Assembly (NCBI RefSeq): GCF_006345805.1
Contig: NC_043002.1
Coordinates: forward strand, 17,856,001 to 17,920,000
Direction of reading: 5' to 3'
DNA: 64,000 nucleotides
DNA from: Octopus sinensis
Lineage: Eukaryota
Shown here: piece after piece, positions 25,084 through 37,849 of the stretch
Position numbering within the stretch: position 1 is the stretch's first letter
Layout of the letters: every line of letters starts with the position of its first letter
The notes under the pieces: generated by a model
What the model saw: the letters and a program-made list of their open reading frames with translations, nothing else
Told to the model about the DNA's origin: nothing
The model's database searches: none
Made by a program: the position numbers and the translations under genes

Positions 25084-25391
25084 CTGATGTCTTATTCAGA
25101 AACTCTAACTGATTATTACTGAGATTGAAGCGTCTGATCCACGTTGTGCCATTTTCCGTGTGACGTCAATCGTTTAGTAAGTCTGAGTCAAACTATTCAT
25201 ACAAATATGTCAGTATTAATATGTCCTTTCTCTAAGTCTATTCAGTGTTATTCTAGAATGCATTAAATGGAAGTTATTGAGTCACGAAAAGATAAGTCAT
25301 GGTAAGACGCTAATCTCCCTTTTGTTTCTAATATGTTTTATTTTTCAAAGAATTTCGAACTCTAACAAGTTTCTACACAATTTCTATAATA

Positions 25392-26583
25392 TTGGGTTGG
25401 CAATAAAGTTCCCGCAGTGTTTTTTAGATTTTGGAATTTATTGCAGTTTTAAATTTTGGAATATTTTTTTTCGAGAATTCTATTTTTGAATCGTTTTGGA
25501 ATCTATTTTTTATTTCAAATTAATTTCAGTTAATTTTTGTTAATTTTCAGATCATTAAAATGCAATGTGAAGTTAAGAAAAACGAGCATTTTTCTTAACT
25601 TGACTCCTTTATTTTGCTTTTAATCAAGGTTCTAAAGCCGCAAAAGCTGTCCGTGATATTTGTGCTGTGTATGAAGGTGCCATAGCTGAAAGAACCGCTC
25701 GTGATTGGTATTCCAAGTTAAACCAACTTTTGCACGAAAATTCTCATCAAACGACAAGGAAAATGGCAGAGAAAAGGAAATGCTCCCACATTGCTATGGA
25801 GAAGCATCTTCACTCGATGGAAAAGGTTCAGAAGTATGGTGCATTGGTTCCGCATGCTTTAAGTAACAACAGCAAATATCAACGAGCCACAATCTCCGCT
25901 GGTTTGCTTGCATGTCACCGCTCAACTCATGGATACAAGCAACGATTTCTTTACCAAATCGTTACTGGCGACGAAATATGGTGCCTGTACATCAATATGA
26001 AGCAGCGTAAGGAATGGCTTAACCCGGTAAACAAGCGACACTGCGCGTGAAACAAGATCTTCATTCATGTAAAACGATGTTGTGCGTATGGTGGGACTGG
26101 GAAGGGATTATCCATTACGAATTGCATGAACGGAACCAAACGGTCAACGCAAAACTGCATGTTCAACAGATGGAACGATTCAACACGCTATTCAAGAGAA
26201 AATACGTAATGGGACGCATGGAGTTCTTCTGCTGTACGACAACACCCGCCCGCAAATTGCCAATATGACGAAGGAAGCCATTCAAACGCATTTCTGGGAA
26301 GTGCTACCATACCCACCGTACTCTCCTGATTTGGCACCAACAGATTTCCACCCCTTTCAATCTCTTTCAAATGCTATGCAGAATTGACAGCTTGGTTGGA
26401 TCGATTTTCGAGTCGAAATCGGGTGATTTCTACCAATGAGGTATTGAAAATCTTGTTGAACGTTGGGAAAAAGTTGTAAACAACAAGGGTGAATACATTA
26501 TTGATTAATTAGTTGTTATTTTTCATTAAACCTCTCAAAAAATTTAAATTTAAAAATATGCGGGAACTTAGTTACCAACCCAA
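25392..26583 (+). mobile_element. mariner (DD34D) transposon with internal deletion and frameshifts
   Basis: TA|TTGGGTTGGCAATAAAGTTCCCGCA and matching right TIR|TA; motifs LVPHAL, IVTGDEIW and YDNTRP...YSPDLAPTDFH with 34-residue spacing. Confidence 0.95.
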
Positions 26584-26837
26584 TATATGGAATGGAAATA
26601 GGTGTTGTAAATATTAAAATAGCCATAAATGGAAAAAGCGAAGAATAAAAGATACTGAATTTAATTCGAATAGCAAAGAAAAGTTTTAATGAGTTACTGA
26701 ATTTAAATACTTGGGGAAAATAAGGGAAGCTGGAAGACAAAACAAACCAATTGTTGCAAAGATTCCAAATCTAAGAAACAGTTTTGTCAGTTGTAAGACA
26801 GGAGGAATATGAAGTAATCTCCTCATATAATACGACG

Positions 26838-26945
26838 AAGGCGCAATGGCTCAGTAGGTAGGACAGAGGATTCGCGGTTTCGGTTCCCAGACCGGGCATT
26901 GTGAGTGCTTATAGAGCGAAAACACCTAAAGCTCCACGAACCTTC
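26838..26945 (+). mobile_element. tRNA-derived SINE head (same family as 49222-49545)
   Basis: ggcgcaatggctcagt and gagcgaaaacacctaaagctccacg match the reverse strand of 49420-49540. Confidence 0.75.
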
Positions 26946-26946
26946 A

Positions 26947-26970
26947 GCAAAGCCGGGCGATACTGCTAGT
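26947..26970 (+). mobile_element. Helitron-type 3' terminus
   Basis: GCAAAGCCGGGCGATACTGCTAG|T: remnant GC-rich hairpin half followed by CTAG and T. Confidence 0.55.
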
Positions 26971-27819
26971 ATATAAATATATATAATATATATACATATA
27001 TAATAAGAACAAGCTAGAAAGAAACCGAGCGTTAGGGTTCAGATGGAAAGTAAAAAGGAAATTAATCCGAAAATAGTAAACCCACAGCCAAATTTCAGAA
27101 AAAAGAAGTCTTTCACACATGAAATTATACCTAGCCAAAACTTAAATTTAAACATGTTTTAATATGAAATACGCAAAAAAAAAAAGACATTAAACTGGCC
27201 CATGCTTATTATATTCCTCAGATATAACTAAATTGCGTCAATGATTAGATCCCTAAACTGTAACTTTAAACATTTGATGCTTCATAGTAGTCAGTATTAT
27301 TAGGAAATAAACAAAAATGAGCATAAGTCGTTTTGTATTCCTAAATTTTTAACTGCGTAATAATATGCTTCAACCTACGACCTCAGTTCAACTCGCTTGC
27401 TGAAGACACGTCTTTTAAATGTACATAATGCATAATTTTATATACGGGTATTATAGGGATGTACACGTATATATGTATCATTTTGACAAATAACTTATGT
27501 ATTTTAAAATTAAGAGCAGAGAGAGAGAGAGATTGAGAGAATTTGTTAGTAGACAACGATTCTAATAAGATGACAGACAACTTCTAATATCACACAAAGC
27601 TGTGAAATTTCATTGTGAAAATAATAAAAAGTTGGACAGTTTTCTCTTAGGAATAAAAGAACAAAAGCTATAACACGTTGTATTTGCTCATATTTCAGAC
27701 AGAAAAGTTGCACGAATGATAAATGGTATTATCTGTCGGCAAATGTATTATTATTGTCAAATGTTAGCAGAAAATGGATGCGATATGTTTCCCATTATAT
27801 TTCTCCTTTATCGTTATTA

Positions 27820-27865
<46 letters not shown>

Positions 27866-28399
27866 TATTATTACTATTACCTGATGGTCATATTCATATT
27901 AAATAAGGTCACAAACGAATGCAGCAAGATAACTGAAAATAAAAGTGTTAAGCAAAATCGATGCCTTACAGTCTTTTAATACATACCGCAAAAATTCGTT
28001 TGGTATCAAAATCGGCACGGTAGACTTCCGGTTTTCTTTCACCTGGTTCTAAGTAATAAGCTCGAATAGTTTATAAGGTTGAGTTCAATAGACTGAGAAT
28101 TCTGTTTCTCCAGATACTATCTTTGATTTTAGTTACAACAAATCGATAGGTATTTCAAATGCGGAGAATAAGAGAATACATAGAACGTGATACCAAATGT
28201 GATTTTGTGTTTGGTACATCCATATATTTCAGTTAAAAATACTTCAATACTATTCGCCTTTCATTCTATTTGGATCAATGAAACCATTAGGCTTCAGATA
28301 TTAAAACATCTTCGCTAAACAAAAATCATATTTACGTGTGATTACCTTCTAAATATAAGATTTCTATAAAGTCTACTTTTGTTTATACTTTGCTTTGCA

Positions 28400-28860
28400 T
28401 ATTCTCATCCTCAGCACTGAAGGTCCAGGAGCATGACCGCATGCGCCATCTTGCCAATTCTGGCTGTAGTTGTGCATTCAGTTAGAGGTATTCAAGTTCA
28501 TTCTTTAGTATCACCGTCTTCTTGGTTTCTATTTCTCCATGTCCTAATGACTCCTCCCTACACGATGTTGGGGCTGAAGTTCTGGAACCTGGTGACATTC
28601 CCAAAATACCATGTCTTTATCTTCCTGACTGTTGCCAAATATTATCTTTTTGTTTCCACTTCCTCTAGTACGAGTTGTTTGTTCGACGTTCTGTCCCACT
28701 GATCTTCAATACTTTTCGACGTCATGTTATTTCCAAACTCTTTAACAATGTCGCCAGACCATGCAGTGATACCTGTCCAACTAAGTACATGTACGATTTT
28801 AAAAAGAATCAAAACACTCGCTGAAAAATGTAGCCATCGATACATAATACCAGAAAAACA
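28400..28860 (-). mobile_element. RTE-clade LINE 3' fragment, decayed
   Basis: Minus strand LSWTG, WYFGNVTR and IPLTECTTTAR match RTE C-terminal motifs (ISWT, YFGHV, W-----A-DR). Confidence 0.55.
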
Positions 28861-29039
28861 GAAAAAAACATAGCTGGAATGACTGGTGTCAATTAGAACT
28901 TAATCGGGGATTAAACATGATAGGGAGAATAGCTATAACACCAACATTTAACTGAAGTGAACTTAGGCTTGAAACACATTTTTTTATGTGCGTTTTGGCT
29001 GAAACTGACACTAAAGTTCTTGTTTTAGTCATGTAAGAT

Positions 29040-29409
<370 letters not shown>

Positions 29410-29418
<9 letters not shown>

Positions 29419-29780
29419 AAAACTGAGAATGTGTGTCTGTCTGTCTGTCTGTCTGTGTCCCTAAAACTTGAGAACTACACAACCAATTTCATTCAAATTT
29501 TACACATGCCTTACTTAGGGTCCATGTAGTTTCATGGGCAAAAAAAAGTTCAGCTTCTTGCCTAGAGCGAGCCCATAGCAATATCGTCTCCACTATTTCA
29601 GTATTACGTGTTAAAAGTGAAACAAAAACATTTCTCTATTTTATGTCAGATACTTTCACTTTAACAATAAAAATAATAATAACAATTGAATTATATGTAG
29701 TAAGTAATAATTAAAATCAAACTAAAGTATTATATAATCGTAACATAACAACAGTAAAAATAGCAATTGGTATAAAATTG
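29410..29780 (+). mobile_element. Non-autonomous Helitron-like element, 5' portion
   Basis: TATATATAAAA start, (GTCT)n microsatellite, then aaccaatttcattcaaatttt; typical of DINE-1/HINE-like elements. Confidence 0.65.
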
Positions 29781-29990
29781 CATCAATGACTTGAACTTGA
29801 ATCAGTGGTTTCACATGAATGGGAATAAATTAAAAATAAAATTAGCGTGCAGAAATGGAATAGTCCAGATGGATAATAAAAAATTAAAGAAAAGAAAAGA
29901 CTATTGTCTATAAAGTATACAATGTAGAGAAAAAAGGTCGCGTTTTTTTGCGCTCTGTAAAATTCGGTTAAAAAAAGAAAAACAACAAAA

Positions 29991-31607
29991 AGTGATTGTG
30001 GTTGCGGAATTGGAACGTCGGTTGGTGCGGTTTCGCGTCGCACTGGTTCTGTGCGTCGCACGTTTTCTGTTCGGGAGGCCGTTTTTCGGTCTGAGGCGAC
30101 TATGAGCCGCCTCTACCAAACGGATGAGATGGAAGGGAGAAATTTCTCTGAAAATTCGTCGACATCTGAGGAGGAGTTGGCGGTGAAAAAAATGGAAAGC
30201 ACCTATGCAGGTATAACGAAGAAGTCAACAGAAAAAGAGATAGACCTGGCTAAGTTGACGGACTTCCAGGAGTTCATGAAGGAGGAGGAGAACGGAGAGG
30301 TTGAGCTGTTGCCTCTAGCAGGGCGCGGAGACTGGTTCCATCGTAGAACCATTAAATATAAAGTATTTATGAATGGAGGTAGAAAAATGGAAGTGATTAA
30401 CATGGAAGCAATTGAAGAGGCTTTCAAACGGACAGGAGAAGAAATTGTGTACATGACAAAAGGATTAGAATATGGAACCATAACGGTACAATTTAAAAGT
30501 GAGAAAGCAGCCAGGAATATAGCAGCCAAGGTGGTGAGTACAGAAAAGTTTTACTTGTTCCCCTCGTATTTGAATAGAAGGACCACCAGAATTAGGGTGG
30601 AAGGAATACCTCCACACCTAGAGGCGAATTAATAACGGCTGCGGTTATCAAAGGAAATGAAGATAAAGTGGACATCCTCCACGCCATTATGAAATATGAA
30701 GGCGTGAGAGGTGCCACACTAGTAATGAACATACAGACGGAGGCGGAAGTTATAGAAAAGCTTACGGACAGTATAAAAACTGGAAATATTATTATGAGAG
30801 TGTGGGTGGAGGTAGGGCGCCCAGGTGCTACAAGTGTGGCATGAGGGGTCACATAAGAGCCTACTGCCCTCCACCACTAAAGGAAAAAGAAAAGGAAATC
30901 GTCGCGGAAGCCCCAAAAGAGGAAGAAACCAAAGAGAACCAAGGGAAAAGAAACGACAGAAGAAGAGGAGATGCAACAAGAGTGGAAGAAGGAAGAAAAA
31001 AGAGAAAAAGAAAGAAAAAGAAAAACTGTGCGAAGCCCCAACCCACCCCAACACCACCCGCACCCTCTGAATCCCACCCTTCCCCTGCAGACAGTGAACC
31101 CACCCGCTCCCCTCCAACAAGAAAACAAAAGAAAAATAACAATACAGACAGACAAGAGTTTGAAAACGAACCCAGGCCGAACATTTATATTGTAACTGAA
31201 CAGAAAGAGGTTGAAAGGGTAATGGAGGAGTATGAATGGTATGAAATGGATGGGACCAGATATGCAGTGCTGGAAAAGAAGAATATAGATGAGTTTGTGT
31301 TGAGGTGTGAAAGGGAGAATTGGGAGGTGAAAGATACAAGAATGAGCGATGAATTCGTGGAATATATGGAGGACAGTTTCGGAGTAAGAATGGATATGGA
31401 TGGTCTTCGTATTGGGAATGAACATTCAGGTGACAGTGAAAACAAAAGGACAGGTAAGTGATGCTGGCGGAGGGGGCCGTTAGCATCGCTTTCATATCAT
31501 TTTTTCATTTTCATTTGCTCATAAATTTAATCATATTGTTCTATGTCCCCCATGTTTTGTTATGTCCGCCATTCTTCGTAGCCCCTGGTGGGTAATAAAG
31601 AAATAAC
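29991..31607 (+). mobile_element. ORF1-only non-autonomous retroelement (L1/Tx1-like)
   Basis: GC-rich 5' UTR, ORF1, T-rich 3' UTR and AATAAA at 31594-99; no endonuclease or RT sequence. Confidence 0.65.
30102..31461 (+). CDS. Gag-like LINE ORF1 protein (RRM-like region plus one CCHC knuckle), about 453 aa if two single-base deletions are corrected
   Basis: ATG at 30102; three frames join at aat|ta (about 30629) and gag|gt (about 30811); CYKCGMRGHIRAYC (CX2CX4HX4C) at 30826-30867; basic RKKRKRKKKK; acidic C-terminal domain; TGA at 31459-61. Confidence 0.75.
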
Positions 31608-31890
31608 ATGGAGGAAAGCACCTTCGAAAAGTGTCTTGGTGCGACTATGAAAGATATCTAACCAGAGGCGGTAAATTCGCCACAATAGAAGCAAGGTTCG
31701 AGTCAACGGAGCGTGCAAGGGAGTACTCGACTCGAACTTGCAAAGTGGAAATATTTTATTTTTACCTTTATATCTGGGACGTAGGATGTGCCGGATAAAA
31801 ATTTAAAATGCCATCCCCCCCGAAGTTGAGGTAGGCTGTATCGTAGCCATACAAGAGGGAGGACAAGATACAATTGATCGAAATTGCAAG
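31608..31890 (+). pseudogene. Fragment of a second, divergent ORF1 paralog
   Basis: ATIEARFESTERAREYSTR and LFLPLYLGRRMCRIKI..IPPE align with GTITVQFKSEKAARN and YLFPSYLNRRTTRIRVEGIPPH; stops and frameshifts present. Confidence 0.7.
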
Positions 31891-32049
31891 AGACGGGCTT
31901 ACAATTCCAGTCTGTTATATATTTTGAGTTTTGTTATCACTAGCGATATCAAGATATAACTTTGTATTTTGTATTTTATGTGTAGATGTATATATATAGA
32001 TGTACATGTAATATGTACACATATATAATATATACACATATATACATGC

Positions 32050-32088
32050 ACTAGAACTATGACCCGGCAACGACGGGTCATAATTCTA

Positions 32089-32090
<2 letters not shown>
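32050..32090. mobile_element. Palindromic Helitron-type 3' terminus
   Basis: ACTAGAACTATGACCCG-GCAACGA-CGGGTCATAATTCTAGT: 17-bp arms, 1 mismatch, ending CTAG|T. Confidence 0.7.
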
Positions 32091-32133
<43 letters not shown>

Positions 32134-32134
32134 A

Positions 32135-32533
32135 TTCTACTCTTTTACTTGTTTCAGTCATTTGACTGGGACCATACTGGAGCACCACCTTTAGTTGAGC
32201 AAATCGACCCCAGGACTTATTCTTTGTAAGCCTAGTAATTATTCTATCGTCCCTTTTCTATGTTATGGGGACGTAAACACACCAGCATCGGTTGTCAAAG
32301 CGATGTTGGGGGGACAAACACAGACACACAAACATAAACACTCACACACACATATACATATACATATATACGACGGGCTTCTTTCAGTTTCCATTTACCA
32401 AATACATTCACAAGGCTTTGGTCGGCCCGAGGCTATAGTAGAAGACACTCGCCCAAGGTTCCACGCAGTGGGACTGAACACGGAACCATGTGGTTCATAA
32501 GCAAGCTATTTACTACACAGCCACTCCTACACC
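32135..32533 (-). mobile_element. SINE family 2, full length
   Basis: tRNA-like head at 32533 through CA/TA linker to the gactgaaacaagtaaaaga tail; about 400 bp. Confidence 0.9.
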
Positions 32534-33914
32534 TACATATATATACGCACATACATAATACCATGCATAACCTCGTACTCGCCTTTTATTACTAAAATAA
32601 ATACTCGAATTTATATGAACAACTAATAGGATCGACCACTACAGTGTCGGATCCTAAATACAGCACAGGAGCTGCTTCTGAATAACCAGTCCTGGAGATA
32701 GCAAGGCGTTGAGTTTGGTTGCGAGGCACTTGGAAAGCAAGCGAAACTCTATCAAAGGATAACTATATTCTCATGTTGGTGGTACTACGTTCAATATGTA
32801 ACTGTTAGTTACTTTAAAAAAGATGATTTGTTGCACTCAGTGATAAATATATTTACAGCTAATATATCTAAAATGGTGACAATAGAATTAACTGGGACAT
32901 GGACAAACCACAATGCTAATATTAAGTTACGTATCGTCTAAACTTTCAGCAGGAAGTCTGAAAGCCAATTAACTGATCAGTGGCTGCTCTTAAAATGAAA
33001 GCATTAGTCAGAAAGTAATGGAATGGTTTCTCTTTAATAAATTCCATGTTGCGTTTGTTGATTATGAAACCAACCTCTGAAAAGCTGCAAGTAATGCTTC
33101 AAAAGATCTTCTGATGTAGGGAATGTGAGTGGCTACCAGTTAAAACGACACCCGAATGTTTTAACTATATTATTTATGGAGTGGTTTAGTGTGATTTATG
33201 GACTCCATTATTATTGTGTTATCTACTCATGTTTGCTATAATCAGAGCTACAAAAGCTTGTATATTATAATGGAATGTAAGAGCAGCATAGTTTGATTAC
33301 CAATACTTATATAGTTGAGAATATTTAGCTATAGATCACTAGCACACATATTCACTTTCGTATATAGCAAAACTAAAGTTTTCGCGTATATATGTGTATC
33401 TTTCTGTAAGCATGTCTCAGCCTGTATGCTTGTGATTGTATGTAATTGTGTCTTTCGTCTGTTATACGCACACACACACACAAATATATGTATGTATGCA
33501 TATATATGTACACTTACAAAACACTAAAACACAATCCCGCAAAAACCATAATAAATACGTAAAGACACTTAATATTTCTGTGTAGAAATATGTGTGCGTT
33601 TCCTTCTGTGCATTATGAAAACACCTCGTTAAATGACGACGTTGAATATCTACGAATATGTATTATCGACTGTGTAACTTTTAAGAAGTCAATTCTATGT
33701 TGACTTCTTTGTAGTTTTCTCATAGTTTCATCTAGTTAAGTATAATAATTTGTGAATATTTTGTAGTTGGTACAGCTCACCTAAGTGTGAGATTGTATAT
33801 ACAAAATCACTCCCATACAAGTAACTGAGCAAAATTGTACATCCAATGAAGTGAGGTACGGATTACGAAACATAGTCTTGTAACACAGGAGTTGTTATGA
33901 GTGAAGGACACACT

Positions 33915-34290
33915 TCTTTGTAATATTTCGTCGTTCTTACATTCCGAGTTCAGATGCTGCCGAGGTCGACATTGCCTGTCATCCTTTCGGTGTAGATACA
34001 ATAAGTACTAGTTCAGCACTGGGGTCGTTGTAACTGTAATCGACTCACCCTCTCCCCCCGAAATTGCTGGCCTTGTGTCAACATTTGGAATCTATATTTC
34101 AATTATGTAAAGTCGGTGAACTCGCAGAATCGCTACGACGCTGGACAAAATGTTTAGCGGTATTTCATCCGTCTGTGCGTTCTGAGTTCATCTTCGGCCG
34201 TCGTTGACTTTGCTTTTCATTTTTCGAGTCGACAAAATAAGTACCAGTCGAATACTGGTGTCCAAGCTGAAATTGCTGGCTCTGTGCGAA
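33915..34290 (+). mobile_element. Two tandem SINE family 1 copies
   Basis: 33915-34092 and 34112-34290 both carry gagttca, gtcgac or gttgac, and taagtac(c/t)ag. Confidence 0.75.
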
Positions 34291-34558
34291 AATTTAAAAC
34301 CCGCAATTCGAGTATATTGTTGGTGTATTTCTTGCTGCTCCAAATATTAATAAAAGGTTGTATTAATATTTGTTGAGCAGTTTTAGCGAATATATCATTC
34401 ACACTAAACATATTTACACAATATAGTAAGAATGTAATTTGTTGTTTTTATTATTATATATTATTATATATTGTTGTTATTATATTTATATATACAAACA
34501 TTCATATATATATATATATATATAGATAGATAGATAGATACATACATACATACATACA

Positions 34559-34591
<33 letters not shown>

Positions 34592-35054
34592 GTGTCCCTT
34601 CGAATTACATTCACCATATCAATAGTTAACGCTTGTAGGGTTAAACATCATAATTTCCAACGGCAATGTAATGTCAATAAGGCAGGCCTTATATTGTCAA
34701 CTGAGATGCTAGAAATAGCAGTAAAATCACAGATAAAATATATGAAAACAGAATATGGTCATGGATTGAATGGTTCTGGTCGTAGATTGATCAACACCAG
34801 CGAAATAGTGTTCAACAAAAACAACAACAAAAAATCACGAGATAAGTTCTCTGTAGAAAGATGACGGATATAAGGAAATATTGCCACGAAGAGTTCAGGC
34901 GTGCAGAAAGATTGTCTGTCTCTTTGAACTTGGGAAATTTGAAGAGTTATTCAGCCTTTCTTTTGTGTTATTCTCTTTCATTTGTCAAACGTTCTATAGT
35001 CGCAGTGTATTAATATTCATTGAAACGTGGACATAGTTTCAAATTATATGTATG

Positions 35055-35089
<35 letters not shown>

Positions 35090-35130
35090 GTATGCGCATA
35101 TATATATATTTATGTATATATATATATATG

Positions 35131-35183
<53 letters not shown>

Positions 35184-35467
35184 ATATATATACACATATA
35201 CATGCACAAACACACATATATATATATGTATATATATATATATCTGTGTGTGTATTTCAAATATAAATCATAGGTATATGTGTATATGTATATATGTGTA
35301 TAGGTATATGTATATATACATATATATATAATATATATATATAATATATATATATATATATAATATATACTATAAATATCCACATATACCAATGCAAAAG
35401 TACATATATATATATAAGTGTGTATGTTTGTGTGTGTGTATGTTTGTGTGTGTGTCTGTATCTGTAG

Positions 35468-35500
<33 letters not shown>

Positions 35501-35781
35501 CGGAGAGAGAGAGAAAGAGGGATAGAGAGACGGAGCGAGAAATACATGCAAACACACATTCACACCGATATATGTATATGTGGGAAAGAGGATAGATATT
35601 ATTATAAATAGAAATATAACATGACGTTTTCAATATGGTATTTAATCATAGCATCTACTCAACAATGAGTTTGTTGCAAATAAAGAGAAATACCACAAAT
35701 CTGCATCGGATCGTTACACGCACGCACACACACACTTCAATATATACATACATGTGTATATATATGTATATATATACACAG

Positions 35782-35871
<90 letters not shown>

Positions 35872-35879
<8 letters not shown>

Positions 35880-36068
35880 ACGAAAAAAACAAAAGACGAA
35901 GACAGGTGGCGTACAAAACAAACACCTGTAATAGTATAACGCTCAGGAATAGAAAACGTCTTTTACGTTTCAAGCCTACGCTCTTCTACAGAACGGGACA
36001 CACAAAAAGCAAGGAGAGAAACAAGGAGTTAATAAAATGTATGCTGTGGCTAACGATCTATCATGGCT
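35872..36068 (-). mobile_element. Solo pseudo-LTR family A with hammerhead-like motif at 35958-36000
   Basis: Minus strand CTGTAGA-A-GAGC-GTAG-GCTT-GAAAC-GTA-AAAGAC; flanked by (GA)n and (TA)n. Confidence 0.8.
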
Positions 36069-37849
36069 TATATATATAAGGATACCACGGATTAGGTCGT
36101 ATCGATTTAAGTTGTTCTCGAATATACGTCTGATTCAAAAATAATAGATGAAAAAATATAAATCTAGTGAAGTCATTTTACGCGACTCTACGCTGCCGCC
36201 ACTAGAAAACCGTTAAACACATAAAATCATGTTAAATAAAGAAGAATAAAAAACATATAAAGTCATATTAAAATACGTACAGTAAATGTTAAGATATACA
36301 CCATAAAGTAGTGTAGTTTAGTGAACGAAATCATGAAATCAGCTGTGTTGTCTTATTTATTAGGTCTTTCGGAGCTCATATTGCACTATAGTTCCAATAT
36401 CTACAGCTAGGCGTCGTTGTCACACGTGATTTCCGCTATTGTTTTGAATTCATATATACATACATACACATAAGTGAAAGAAGATCTCAATAGAAGTAGC
36501 ACTGAATACAAATATTTTAGTTGTATGCATTATGTATCTATTCGGACATTTTGCTTTCCATTCAATGAGAGTTGCGTTTTCATGTCTATGAAACTTTATG
36601 TAGACCGAATATCTAAGTCAATCTATAACTCAATGTGTATGTGTATGTATGTGTGTCTGTAAGTCTGTGTGTGTCGGTATGTATACATATATGTATGTAT
36701 TTCTTTATGTTGTATAATGTGTGCTGTGGTAAGCTCGATATGCCAATTCACTGTACGCTACGGCATTCTAACTTCATTGTATACTATTTGTTTTCGCAGA
36801 CCTGCAACCACGAAATCTCTGGACATCTGAGAGGCTATCAAACAAAAATGCAATTCCAAAAATACTTCTTTACCTATCCTTGAAAAGAAATTGCACAGAA
36901 ATATATTAATAATAATAAAAAATTCAAATAACATAAAAGAAATGCAGACCCTGTGATGTGAACAGAAGTCAAAACATATTTGTTCGCAAATATTGAATGT
37001 ATCTACTAACTATATGGAGTATATATATTAACGCATATTCCGTCGATACAAAGTATTCGAAACAGAAAATTCAGTTTTACTTCCACTATAAATTCATATA
37101 TTCTATCGCCTTTCAGATAACATCTACGTTTGTTGTCGCTACTTTTAGTCAGAAAGACATTTACTGAAAGCTATTATTAGTGATTAAATCTATGGAAGCT
37201 TATATAGCCAGTAATACTGTTGATAGTTCACCGAAATTATATGTATTGTATTTCAGGGTACATTTGTAAAATTACAGAATTAGTTGAGGAACATGTGACA
37301 GGGTAAAAGGTTTTTATGATTGATCTTAATACTATGAATATTTATGATCTCATTTATAAGAAAGGAAATACCATTATAACTTTTGTTTTTGTAAATTGAA
37401 ATTACGTTTTGATATCTTACCACTTTGAAAAATTATGTTTATTTCTATTATTTAATGGAAATTTAACGCTGTCGGAAAGATCAGCTAATTCAGCCACTCA
37501 TAAATGTCTTTGGAAATTCAATAAAAATATCTATTAACTATCTAATGTCTTCTTTGTACATTATATTCAAGAGGTCTAACTCATTGAAAAGACTGAAAAT
37601 CGGAATTATTTCATTTAGAAATTCATTTAGTCTATTTGAATCGAATGATTGGTTCTGTCTGCAAATGACGGACCTATTGCAAACCATTACTAACTTTCGA
37701 TGCATCATTTCTGATATTTTCACAGCAAACTCTTGCATCCTCATCTTCATCGGATATAAGATAACATATCAGCAATTTTCACATAATACTGAAATCTATA
37801 AATATTACCCATAGTTGTGTGAATTGTATGAGGTTAGGAATTCATCTAA

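Noticed and set aside
26755-26795. AGATT/AATCT stem followed by GAAACAGTT
   Set aside because: No CUGANGA-like core at all.
30719-31495. 258-aa minus-strand ORF and overlapping 30861-31184 and 30877-31425 ORFs
   Set aside because: Antisense shadows of the purine-rich ORF1; low complexity with no motifs.
35605-35700. Minus-strand GAAAACGTC-ATGTT in a short inter-microsatellite unit
   Set aside because: Possibly a ribozyme remnant, but the core and stem II cannot be assigned.
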